Below the pieces are notes generated by a model. The model was not told the DNA's origin and ran no database searches. It saw nothing but the letters and a program-made list of their open reading frames with translations. A DNA stretch of 64,000 nt from Eledone cirrhosa (lineage: Eukaryota): contig OZ024740.1 of NCBI GenBank assembly GCA_964016885.1, forward strand, positions 240,746,001 through 240,810,000. The letters are read 5' to 3'. The stretch's first letter is position 1; each line of letters begins with the position of its first letter. Below are positions 11,884 through 24,469 of this stretch, piece by piece. A program made the position numbers and the translations under genes.

Positions 11884-13723
11884 ACTTTACTCCATTCCTG
11901 CACCAGCCACTGGATACAACATTTACGATGGATGATTTGCATAAGGTTGAGTGTTCTAATTAATTTGTTGCATCATCGTTTACCAAGCCGAACCACCAGT
12001 TCTACCCATTGGTAACATAAATGATAAAAGCTCCCAGTCCACACTGTAAAGTGGTCGTGTAGGCATCATAAAAAGCACCCAGCACTCACTGTAAATGAGG
12101 TTGGTGCTAGGAAGGGCATTGAGCTGTAGAAACCAAGCCCAAATCAGTTTTGTATGAGCAAAACATGGTCACCTGACCTGGGATTGCTCACAACAGGATA
12201 ACCCATGCCAATGTGGAAAAATGGATATTAAATGGAGATGATATAGTGGGGATTGGCAGTATCGGTAGAGGGTCGGACGCCATGCTTTCCAGCATAATTA
12301 CGTCCCTTTACGATCTGAGTTCAAATTCATCCTTACGGGGTCGATAAAATAAAGTACCAGTAATGAACTGGGTAATTGCTGGCCTTGTGCCTAAAGTAGA
12401 AACAGATATATATATATATATATATATAGTTTCAAAAAATTCTCACATGACTAAGTCTTTAGAATATAAATTCAAAATTGGGGGGACAAAGACAATGGAA
12501 AAAACAATGGAATGAGGGACAGTCCCATTTCGTCAGTCAATTTCTAGAAATCACTACAGTTTCAGTGCATTAAGGTTGCTTTAGTGAAACAGCTGGAGAA
12601 GTTCAAGTATCTCAGGGCCTTGTTCATGAGTGATGGAATGCAGGAGGCTGGATTAAGTGCATGGATTAGCCAGTCCAGTAATGTGCCAGCTTCAGCATTT
12701 GATCATCATCAGAAGGGAGGTTAGATGTAAAAGCCAAACTCACTATCTTCAATTTGGTATTAGTGCTAACTGTTACCTATGGTCATGAATGTTGGGTAAT
12801 GACTGAAAGAATATGATCACAAATGCAAATGGCTGAAATGGGGTACATCCAAGTGGTTTTTGGAGTAATGTTTCTCGATAGAGTGCGTAACTTGGAAATC
12901 AGAAAGTTGCTCCAGGTAGAGCCACTACGTCTCTGAATTGAGAAATCATGGCTCTAATATTACAGGCATGTGGATTTGATTAGAATGTCTCAAGCAAGAA
13001 TCACTGGACAGATTTTAAGGGGCAAAAACCAACTGGTAGGAGACCCAGAAGTAGACTCTGAGCAAGATCGTTGGATAACATCCATGAACTCGTCTGGTCT
13101 TGCTTGAGGATACAGCTGGATCAATTGGAGATGGTTGCTTCTGACAGGACTTGCTGGAATGAGTGTTTGAGGACTCTACACCCATGACTCTCACAGGAAT
13201 AAGTGGGAGGAGGAAGAGAAGAAGATATAACTACTAAGTGCTGAGTTCAATTTCTCTTGTGAAAGCTACTTGCAATAGATTAATGTCTTATTTAGGGGAA
13301 GATTATTTTTCTTTAATGTGTAAGTTGTTTTAGCTTCCAATTCTTATTGAGAAAGCATAATTGTTACAGACTGGTGTCTTATCCAATAGGTAATCTGTTT
13401 CTCATCTAGTTAATGCCACAAAAACTAGAGATGACTCCTGTACAGGGAATCACAGAGATATGTGGAAATAATTAGATAGTTGCTGGAAGTGTATATTTTT
13501 TGCCAATATTTATAAATGTTGTTTAAAAGTAGAACTATATATTTATGTTTTATTCATTTTGATTAAGCATATTAGTGAAAGGACATGATACAATCAATGG
13601 CAGTATTTGAATTCATAGCGATGGTGAATCCTATAACCCACTGAGTTGCAGGGGTACCACTGACAGTTTGTCTTTGGCTTGTTCTTTAGCCTTGATCTGG
13701 TAGATATTATCAAAAGCATTCAT

Positions 13724-14108
13724 GGAGGCACATGGCTTAGTGGTTAGAGCATTGGCCTTGCAATCGAAAGGTTGTGAGTTTAATTCTCAGACCGAGTGAT
13801 GTGTTGTTTCCTTGAGCAATACACTTTATTTCACATTGCTCCAGTTTACTCAGCTGTAGAAATGAGATGATAGGACTGGGGTCCCTATCATTTCACTGCA
13901 AAGTGGTTGTGGAGGTGAGACAGCAAAAAAAAAAAAAAAAAGCACCCAGCCCACACTGTAAAGTGGACGTGTAGGCGCCACTGAAAAAAAAGCACCCACC
14001 ACTCACTGTAAATGAGGTTGGTGTTAGGAAGGGCATCCAGCCAGAATCAGTTCCCATCCCACCCTTGCAAGCAAGGAAAAGCGGACGTAAAATGATGATG
14101 ATGATGAT
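13724..14108 (+). mobile_element. tRNA-derived CORE-type SINE with RTE-derived tail (family B)
   Basis: A box TGGCTTAGTGG, B-box-like GAGTTTAATTC, CCTTGAGCAA core, tail shared with RTE 3' UTR, (GAT)n end. Confidence 0.85.
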
Positions 14109-15775
14109 TCTACTCATGACCACGTATTTTTGGATATGTAAGACTACGTTATATAATGTATAATTTAACCCTTTCATGACTGCATTTCTAATGAAATACA
14201 CTCTATTTTAATTAATTAATGAAGAATTTTGAGGGATTTACTAAAATTATCATTTCATTATGTAATATAAGGTTCTTATATAAAATTCTGTTGGAAGATT
14301 TTAATTCAAATTGGAAACCTTTAAAATAGGTGAGTTTATTTCATAGAACCAGTTTTGGCCAGGTTGGGAACTAAAGGATTAATGAGGGCAATTTGGCTGC
14401 TATTTCTAGCAGGTGTAGCAATCCCATAGACGTTCAATTGTTATTATGTAGTATATAATGTCATCATTGTAGTAATCATTAATCCCGAATGAGATTGATG
14501 ATTGCCACAGGAAAAGGTGAACTCAGCATTGCAAACTAAAAAAGATTTGCCAATGTTTAAAAGAACTGTTGCTGTTAAAAGCAATGAGTTTTAGGTAACT
14601 ATAATACACTATCAAATTGAAGCTCTGTGAACAGAGCTAAGTGTCTTGGTTATAAACAAAATGAAGAACCAGGAATCTAGATCTGATTCACTGCCCTTTT
14701 GATTGTTTATTTGATACCATATTCACTCATCTCCCTATGGTGGCTAGAACTCATGATCACTTGCTCACAATTGGAGTTGTTATTTAGTCTCAGGTCAACT
14801 ATGACCAAGCAGACTTATGATCAATCTAAAGCTGTTTCAAACATGATCAATCAAAGCATCGTTCTCTTGGGCATTGCATATATAGGATTACATTATCTAA
14901 TTTGTTTTGCCTTTTTTCAAGATGGAAGCATGTAATTTGAGGGCGGTTTGGTTGATATTTCTAGCATTTTGAGTAACAAAGTAGAACCTTGTAAATAAGA
15001 AGTGAAGTTAGGTAACTAGTTAATTGTAGTCAGAAACTCTTATTCTTTTCTCCTCCCACTTATTCCTGAGAGGGTCATGGGGGCAGAGTCCTGAAACACT
15101 CCTTCCAGCAGGTCCTGTCAGTAGCAACCATCTCCAACTGATCCGGCTGGATCCCCAAGTGTGACCAGTCAAGCTCATGGATGTTATCCAACCATCTTGC
15201 TCGGAGTCTACCACTGCATCTCCTACCTGTTGGTTTCGCCCGTAAAATCTGTCCAGCGATTCTTCCCTGAGACTTTCTAACCACATGCCCATAGTATTGG
15301 AGCTGTGATCAATTCAGAAAAGTAGCGGCTCTACCTGGAGTGACTCTCTGATCTCCAAGCTACTCACATTATCGAGTAACGTTACTCCAAAGACCCTTCT
15401 GAGTCAGAAACTCAGAAATTGTAAATAGTCTGTATCAGTTCCTTATTTACCATTTGCCACACTGTATCCATATTAAAAACATGCATTTGTTGCTGGTTCA
15501 ATCCACTTACCTGTAAAAAAATACCATGAAATAAGATGGGCAGTGTAGTTATACATATACAAAAGATAGGATAGTTATAATTGGAATCCTTTGATTACAG
15601 TCTGCTCGATCAGATCAGACCTGGAGCTAAACTACCATATATACTCATATATCAGCTGAGAAATATCTGACAAAAAAAAAAATTAATGGTAAAATGAGGA
15701 GTCGGTTTATATTCAAGATCGATATTTTGCTGGTTTTCGCCAACTTCAAAATTCTATGTAAACGAAGTGCTAAAA

Positions 15776-16000
15776 TACAAGGGTGGCATCAAAAAGTTAG
15801 TGGAAAAAGGACAGTTGGAAAAAATGGTTTAAGTTATGATGTTTATTTTTCAACATATACTTCATCTAGGTCAATACACTTCTTCAAACATTGATACCAG
15901 CATTTAAGTCCATCTGTGTAAAACTGAGGGCCATGCAATTTAAACCATGTCAAAGCAGCTTTTTCTACATCTTCAACTGATGGAAAATGGGTACCTTTCA
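15776..16000 (-). mobile_element. Tc1/mariner 3'-end remnant
   Basis: TA-CAAGGGTGGCATCAAAAAGT TIR-like end; minus-strand WYQCLKKCIDLDEVYVEK* resembles a mariner transposase C-terminus. Confidence 0.65.
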
Positions 16001-16949
16001 ATCAGTAGGTATAATTATGAATTATAAATCCCATCTTATTTGAAGACTATAAGTTTGTTACTTTCAGTTCTGATACAACTTGTAATATAAATGTAAACTG
16101 TAGAGCAAAGATGGACTCTTGTTGGGCTGAGTGTACAACCTGGTTTCAATTCACTTAAATTGGTTACATCCTTAGGATGTAGCAACTACGCTCCTGCTAC
16201 AATTATAGGTTTCTTGTTCTGTGCATATCATGAAAGTCAATGAAATCATTACAAGTCACAACCAAAACTGGATATGCCACTAACAGATACTTTATGTTGA
16301 TATCATGTCAAACATTATAAGCTCTTCCAGGATTTATTATAAAAACTATTTCTTACCTAGCAACAAAGTAACAAAATCCAAAGGGAAGGAGATTGAACTT
16401 TTATAATGTTCATCCATTTCTCAAGGGCATTAGCAGTATAAGAAAAATGAGTAGTATCCAAATTGCAAACTCGGCTTGTTAAGAGTTAACTTAAATCTAT
16501 GGAAATAGCACTCAAAGAATAATAAAAATACAATTCAAAAAGGAAAAGAAAGCTTTAATACAGGAAAAAATTAAATAATAATTGTTTCTGGCACAGGCAG
16601 GAGGCCTGGAATTTTTAGCAGAGAAAAAGTGGAAACCTGTAACTGTCATTGTCTTTATCAAGGGTATTAGCAATGCAAGTGAAAAGAGAATTGGTTCAAA
16701 CTGAAATTGAAACCAGATTGGAGGCACAGTCCATAGAATAAAAAAAAAAAAAAAAATTGATACAACTGTATTAAGGCATCTGACAATAAAATAGCAATTA
16801 ATTCTTACAAAGAGATAACTGCTTTTTTAAAGATTGAGGCAGGGCATTAGTGACATTAGTGAAGAGAAAGAGATGCAGTGAGGAGGTGAAACATAGACAT
16901 AGCTTCCAGAGGGTTGCTTCATATCTCTATCATACTTAGTTCAATGAAA

Positions 16950-18046
16950 TAATTGTTTCTACTTTAGGCATAAGGTCAGCAATTTTGAGGGACGGGAAAG
17001 TTGATTAAATTGACCCCATTGCATTACTAGTGCTTTACTTTATTGACCCTGTAAGGATGAAAGACAAAACTAACCTCGGCAGGATTTGAACTCAGATAGT
17101 AAAGGAGTAAAGGGAGGGACACAACCCTATGCCATAAAGCACATTGTCTGATGCTCTACCAATACTGCCAGTCTACTGCTCTAGTTCCATGAAATAATTG
17201 TTTCTACTTTAGGCACAAGGCCAGCAATTACCCAGTGCATTACTGGTACTTTATTTTATCGACCCCGTAAGGATGAAAGGCAAAGTCAACCTCGGCGGGA
17301 TTTGAACTCAGATCGTAAAGGGACGTAACTATGCTGGAAAGCATGGCGCCCGACCCTGAAATAATAATAGTTATAATAATTCTTTACACTGATACATAGT
17401 CAAATTTTGAAAAGGAAGCATTATTGTTGGCTATATATGACTACAAGCCTACAAATTGTAGGTGAGGAGCATATATGGCTAAAATATAAATAAAAATTTG
17501 ATGGTTTTGTCAAAGAAGAAAGGACAGTGTTCATAGCCATTACAGCACCTTTATGACTGGAAAAAGAGGAAGAAACTGTGGCTCATATGCTACTGCAGCA
17601 GAAAGCAGTACATCCTGATATGAAGTCTTCATTTAAACTGGGTGATGGATTAAGTCTATTACACCAGTGCATAATTGATTTTTATTTTATTGATCCTTAG
17701 GGGAGGAAAGATAAATTCATTGCCAATATAATGAAGCATTAATTCAGTGCATTTTTTTTTCCCCACTCCAACATCTTCAAAAATAACAATAAACCTTTGG
17801 CAAATATCAAATTCCACACCTATAATTTACTGAGAAAATATGTTAGCATCTATATATATGTTAGCATCTATAGGGGCATCATTTTTAATAATAATAATAA
17901 TAATAATAATTGTTTCTACTTTTGGCAAAAGGCCAGCAATTATCCCAGTGCATTACTGGTACTTTATTTTATCGACCCCGTAAAGATGAGAGGCAAAGTT
18001 AATCTCGGCGGGATTTGGACTCTGACCGTAACTCTATGCTGCAAAG
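16950..18046 (-). mobile_element. Cluster of family A SINE copies (about 16950-17181, 17194-17358, 17908-18046)
   Basis: Each begins TTGTTTCTACTTT..GGCACAAGGCCAGCAAT and carries the core domain. Confidence 0.8.
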
Positions 18047-18436
18047 TATGAATCTAAGGTCAAAAATTTATGGGAGAGATGTGTAATCAATCGAATTAAC
18101 TCTCAGTATATTACTTATTTTATTATTGATCCTTGAAGAATGAACAGCAAAATTAACCATAATGAGATTTAAACTCATAGTGTAAAGGTATGTAATTAAA
18201 TACAACAAGGTATTTGGTCTGGCATTTTACTATGTCTACTATCTACTAAATGATAATGGCAAAAAAGAAAATATAATGAAATAAATTATAGATATTCAAT
18301 ATCTATATCTAATCTTCATGTTATATATTTTGGTAACACTTAATTATTAGAATAAAGATAAATCTAATTTTAAAGCTATTAAAACTTTTGACAATAATTA
18401 AATGTTGCTTTTTCTCATCACGATAGTCTTAAATAA

Positions 18437-18534
18437 TCAATGCTGACCACAAACCCATTTTGTCTCAAGTTGTTTCAAGGGTGTCAAAGAAGTTATTGTT
18501 TGCCAAGAACATTGGCAACAATATGCTCTAGAAC
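18437..18534 (-). CDS. CFAP418: CFAP418 last coding exon (SRAYCCQCSWQTITSLTPLKQLETKWVCGQH*)
   Basis: cttcag acceptor; RAYxCQCSW and terminal WVCGxH signature; the six exons total 516 nt with an open frame. Confidence 0.93.
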
Positions 18535-20402
18535 CTGAAGAGAAAACAAAATTAAAAAGAAGTTTGAATCATTAATCAACAAAACATATATTTTTTTCAA
18601 AATATGTACTAAAAATCTTCTCAGTTCTATCCTTTTTTTGGTTAGCTTTCTATTCATTTACTATTTTTTTAATCTTTCTATTTCTATTTTAATATCTTAC
18701 AATATTTTTATATAACAGAAAAACATTGATACCCAAAACATAACAACACTAATTTTGATATTTTTATACAACATTTAGAGGATGAGTTGCTTCAAATTCT
18801 TAACTCTGCTTGTATCAGGAAACCTTTTCTAGTTTGGTAATCCATACTCCTAACTAAAAAAAATTTAATGTTGTCTTTGTTTACTCAGAAATTTAGATTG
18901 TTGCTGCTTAACCCTTTAGCATTTACATTACTCTATATATACTATTATATTTTTATAGTAAAGGCTTTATCTTACACAATTATCTCACATAATATCGAAT
19001 CTATGAGATTTTGATATTATTTATTTTGAGAACAATACCTTAACATCAGTATGAGTTTCTGATTACAGCCAGTTTGAACAGAAAGAGGTGAGAGAATTCT
19101 GACTGGATATGGTCGGTTTAAATGAAGGACCTATGATTAAAGGTGTCCAATTGTGATCATCCTATCTTTCCTCCAGACAATGTAGTGAAGACCGTATCAT
19201 CCACTGTGTACTAATATTTTTTAAGACGGTAAGATGTAATTTGGGGAATATTTGGCTGTTGTCCCTAATAACCATGCAGAGGCTCATGACTGATATATTG
19301 AATTACATTTTATTACTGATAGTTATGTTGGTTGTTCTAACCATCTAGTTTAGCAATATAATCAGCCAACAACACAAATCTCTTGAAATAGTTATGCTTA
19401 ATACTTGAATAAAAAAATTAGTGACAATGCTGTTCTATTCAGCTTGAAGAAGGGAGAGAGGCATGTATTACACAAGAAAAAAACATTTTCAATTACAAGC
19501 TGACCTGCTGCCAAACTATTCAGTCTCTCTATTCAGAATTGAAACTTCAGTTCTTATAAAACAAAACAACTCACCAGTTTGATATTAGCCTCAAACCTAG
19601 TGCTGCATGTATCCCAAAACGAATGATTATCTAGAATACTGCTTGTATAAAATTGATACTATATCCTGTTGCTTTATTTTTTTAAACATTATAAACTTAT
19701 GTATCTGACCTCAATCAAACCACATTTCATTGAATATATTGTACATAATATATTCTTATTTTATCATAAAATGCTATTACATGTCATTAAGTTGGCTGGT
19801 TGAAACATTAACCATCATTCATTTGCAATGTCTTCTTCATATTTTGGCTCAAAATAGTCACAGTGCAGTTAAAGGAAAGGAGGGAGGGGTATTAACAGAT
19901 ATTACTAAGAATGTGGCATTAGAGAATCCAATGACCCACTCTATCAGTATATAAAGGCAAATAGCAAATGGCTTTAAAAGCAGCACAAGTTATTTTGGAT
20001 TAATAATATTTAGATTACATATAGAATGAATATGCTCAAAAGAAAAACATGTATGGTTTGATTAATAAGAAATGATGGTTAATCATGCTGGCAAACAAAG
20101 CAGTCTAATGTTGTTCTTATACATTTTGAAAAAACAATTTTACCTCTAATTTGTCTTGTTAATTATGGGCTGGGTGGTCATACATAAGCATATTATTGAA
20201 ACAATTGTTTTTAAAATGTTGAAGTTAGAGTAGGATCTGTGTTAGCAAATTGTTAAATTATTTTCAATCCTTTAACATTTTTAGGGTTTCTTGTATGTAC
20301 AAAAAATATCTCATAGCTATAACAATTGTTTTCTAGTTAAGAAAAAGCAAAGATTTTATAAAAATCAAAATTGTAAGTAATAAAGTAAAATACATTACAA
20401 AC

Positions 20403-20551
20403 CATTTTGAGGCTTCAGTTTTGATCTTAGTTCTGTGAAATTGGGGAAGTTATTTCTCAAGAAAAGATAATCAAGAGAAGTGAGCCATGCAAAGTCTTCA
20501 AACGATAACACTTTCATGTCACAAGATGTGCAGCGCAATTTATCACATGAG
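20403..20551 (-). CDS. CFAP418: CFAP418 exon 5 (SCDKLRCTSCDMKVLSFEDFAWLTSLDYLFLRNNFPNFTELRSKLKPQNG)
   Basis: aag acceptor, gtttgt donor; CDxLRCxxCD and DYLFxRNNxP family motifs. Confidence 0.93.
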
Positions 20552-20714
20552 CTTGAGTGAAAAGAGTGAAATAATATTCTGTAATCATAATCATCATTGT
20601 CGTTGTTACGACCACCATCATCATTCTCATCACAAGCAGTTAAGTAATATGCTGGAATTCATTGGAAGTTTGAGGTAATACTAAAGACTTTTATTTTTAT
20701 ATAGTAATTCAAGG

Positions 20715-21040
20715 GATATGATCCACAATACAGGAAATGATCCCGCAATGAAGGATATGATCTTGCAGTATAAGGTATGATCTTACAGTACAGGATATGA
20801 CCTTGCAATACAGGATAAGACCCTACATTACAGGAAATGACCCTGCATCATCATCATCATCATTTTACGTCCACTTTTCCTTGCTTGCAAGGGTTGGACG
20901 GGTCCTATTCAGCACAGCATCTCTCCACCCGTCACGGTCCTTCGTCATCTCCTCGGTGAGTTTCTCTCACCACCTCCGCCCTTGTTTTACAGTACAAAAA
21001 AATGACTCTGTAATACAGGAAATAAGCTTGCAATATAGGA
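20715..21040. repeat. Degenerate 20-bp tandem repeat (TACAGGATATGACCTTGCAA-like) interrupted by an RTE/SINE tail at about 20845-20985
   Basis: Recurrent acaggatatga/acaggaaatga at 20-nt spacing. Confidence 0.65.
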
Positions 21041-21262
21041 TACAAGCTCTTTCATTCACTAGTTACACAGTATTCTACATGCTTACTGTAGTGATCCATA
21101 AGATCCTGGGTATCTATTTTACAGTAAGGTCAACTGAGTCATTGGGTATTAAATGTCTTTGTTAGGGACACAGTGAAGAGCATTGTTGAAGCTTTGGCAG
21201 GAAGGCTACCATCATGTCAACTTAGCCAGCTATAACTCTTAATTCACATAACATTATATTTA

Positions 21263-21993
21263 CTAGCAGAAAAACCACCCTGCAGGTGGTTTTCTATTAA
21301 CATGTGTAGTGTGCATATTGATATTATATGCAAATATATATGCATGTTGATATGATACGTAAAATGAAAATTAAATTGACAATATGTGCAGAAATTGAAG
21401 AGAGATTGTGTTACATTCTCTTCTGTAATCAGTATATTAATCCATGATACATTTAAAAAAGATGATATTATATACAAAATGCATTACAGCAAAATGTTAT
21501 GAAAACGAAAAAGGATAAAATGAGATTAGCGACAGAAATATAGACATTATGATATAATTGTTTCTACTTTAGGCACAAGGCCAGCAATTATCCAGTGCAT
21601 TACTGGTACTTTATTTTATCGACCCCGTGAGGATGAAAGGCAAAGTTATGATATAATGATGGAAATATGTAAATGTTATGATATAACAGACCTACGGTGA
21701 AATCTTAGAAATAAATATATGTTAAAATGAAAAAGGAGAAAAGAAATCAATAAATGTATGTTCAAATGAAAAAGGAAAAAAATGAGATTAGCGACGGAAA
21801 TATAAATGGTATGACAGAATGATGTAAATAAATGAACGCTTATATATAATGATATATATTAACGATGTGATATAGTGATGAAAATATAGTGTACGGCGAA
21901 ATGCTATGATATAACAGATGCTAACGGAAGTGTTGACATTTGAAAATTTTAAAAGAAGTGAATCTTGAAATAAGGAATACATTATATATAAGA
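21263..21993 (-). mobile_element. Non-autonomous Helitron
   Basis: Minus-strand 5' TCTTATATATAA; 3' hairpin GAAAACCACC...GGTGGTTTTTC ending CTAG followed by T; related 3' end at 54135-54309. Confidence 0.65.
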
Positions 21994-22354
21994 ATATTTA
22001 TGTTTAATCAAGAGCTAAGAAATTTAGTAGATAAATTACATAATATTCATTCATGATTTATTCAAAGTAATCCAACTTATTTTAATAATGTGTTCAGTAA
22101 AAATAACCCTAACACAGTCTCGGAGTTCTCCAATCATTATATATTAGATTACTATAATGATTGCTGGCCTTGTGCCAAAAGTAGAAACAATTATATATAA
22201 GATTACTCTTTTATATAAAAATTCTATTTCAAATTATTCTTTTTTTGTGCAGAACCATAATATTATAGTAAAACCATAGTGTTATTATACAATCATAGTC
22301 TTATAGTAGAATCATAGTGTTATGAATCATAAGAATACATTTCAGTATACATAC

Positions 22355-22420
22355 AGTTTTTTAGACATGTTACTTAAACCACTTGGGAAGTGGCTTCCAG
22401 CAAGGTAAACGGGAAAACAT
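22355..22420 (-). CDS. CFAP418: CFAP418 exon 4 (KCFPVYLAGSHFPSGLSNMSKKL)
   Basis: tacag acceptor, gtatgt donor; matches C8orf37 CxPVYLGGS motif. Confidence 0.9.
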
Positions 22421-22799
22421 CTGTAATACATAAAATATATTATTTTTAGAATAGCATAACATTCAAAATGTGCTAATAACATTTGAAACATCGATAAGAC
22501 AGTACATCAGGTATAACCTGTTTCATTGATTATATTGATAGTAAACAGGAAGATAACAGGAAATAAACTGAAATATAATCTTGTGATTAAGTTTCTTTAG
22601 GGGTGGGAGGGGGAGAGAGAGAAGGAGAGAGAGAGGAGAGAGAGAGAGAGAGAGAACATGCTTACAAAAATCTATATATTCTACTCATTCTGAACTATAA
22701 AAATGTGTGTGTATGTTTGTATGTGTATGTATGCATTAGATCTCGTCCCTGCTTCTAACCCCACTGCCACATATGCAGCTTCATTCCCCACACCACCAC

Positions 22800-23100
22800 C
22801 CTCCTCTGACTTAATGGCTATATCTTTTACATTAGGGACCTTTTCAGCTGCACATCGATAAGCTTCATCTATGGGATTCAATGCACACTATGTGAAGCCA
22901 TATACATTGGTTAGACTGGCCGTCGACTGGTCAACACATTTGCTGAACGCCCGGGTTGGTAACCTGTGTCTGGTGGCCCAACATTTCCACACTGCTGGTT
23001 ATTTCATATGCCAGTTTACTGTGTTCGAGCTTGCTTTCTACACTGGACCCCCAGACATGCACAGCTAGAGGGAACAGCAGCTTATTTTTTTTTCTAAATA
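22800..23100 (+). mobile_element. Degraded PLE GIY-YIG endonuclease fragment
   Basis: IYGIQCTLCEAIYIG*TGRRL...VAQHF across frameshifts. Confidence 0.65.
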
Positions 23101-23686
23101 CATCTGTCCCCAATGCACCACCCATCTGCATCCAGTACCCTCCCTCATCCACATGCACACCAATATGGATACAACATTTCTACACCACATGGAAATACTC
23201 ACATGCACTTAGATACATTTTACACATACAACAAAAAAAAACTTATCAACAAAAACTTTTAACAAATAAACATGTAGAAATGCTCATAGACACACACATA
23301 TACTCAACACCATATTTACACATGCGTTTCTCACTTAGCATTGTATAGTGTAGTTGCTTTGACAATGAAACTGCTTTTTTGATTTATTTTCGCTTCACTG
23401 AAGTGCAGTTTCGTTTATTTTTAGTGAGCAGATACATATTTGTCACAAATAATTTCTTTTATATTTGATACACACACAGACAGACCACACACATATACAA
23501 TGTTAATACCTCTATGTGTATATTTGTGTCAATGTATGTATGTGTGTTTGTGTATGTTTGTCTGAATGTATGTGTGTGTCTTTGTATAACTCTATGTGTA
23601 TGTTTGTGTAAATGTATGTGTGTGTGTGATTGTCATTCCATGAATTTTTTGTTTTGTTTTGACTTCACTTCTTTAAAAAACAACCT

Positions 23687-24220
23687 AAACAGGGTGCTAC
23701 TACCACTGTTGTTATGGCTACCTCATACTACTCCTCTCTACAACAGAAACAAGGTGCTGCTACCACTGCTGTTATAACTACCTCATACTACTCCTCTCTT
23801 CAACAAAAATAAGGTGCTGCTACCACTGTTGTTATAACTACCTCATACTACTCCTCTCTTCAACAAAAACAGGGTGCTGCTACCACTGTTGTTATAACTA
23901 CCTCATACTACTCCTCTCTTCAACAAAAACAGGGTGCTGCTACCACTGTTGTTATAACTACCTCATACTACTCCTCTCTTCAACAAAAACAGGGTGCTGC
24001 TACCACTGTTGTTATAACTACCTCATACTACTCCTCTCTTCAACAAAAACAGGGTGCTGCTACCACTGTTGTTATAACTACCTCATACTACCCCTCTCTT
24101 AAACAAAAAACAAAGTGCTGCTACCACTGTTGTTATAACTACCTCATACTACCCCTCTCTTAAACAAAAAACAAAGTGCTGCTACCACTGTTGTTATAAC
24201 TACCTCATACAACTCCTCTT
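23687..24220. repeat. Minisatellite, 60-61-bp unit, about 9 copies
   Basis: Unit AAACAGGGTGCTGCTACCACTGTTGTTATAACTACCTCATACTACTCCTCTCTTCAACAA, central copies identical. Confidence 0.95.
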
Positions 24221-24469
24221 TTTCTGAGGTTGATTTTTCTATCGTTTCATTTTGGTGGTATGGAGCCAACATCTAAACGGGCCCGGGCTGCGGAGCGGAA
24301 GAGACGCAGTAGAGCAAAGCAGTCGGAAGCAACCCGTGAAAAAGAACGACGTCGTAACCGTGAAAGGAAGGCCGAATTTCACGAACGTCAACAGAATACA
24401 ATATTCAAGGTCTGTGTTTGTGCATTATATTTATATACTCATACATATAAATGTATGCATATGCACATA

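Noticed and set aside
13724-13795. tRNA gene (also 1089-1180 and 26323-26395)
   Set aside because: tRNA-like heads of multicopy SINEs without an intact cloverleaf
23687-24220. CRISPR-like regular repeat
   Set aside because: Units are contiguous with no unique spacers, no cas genes, eukaryotic context
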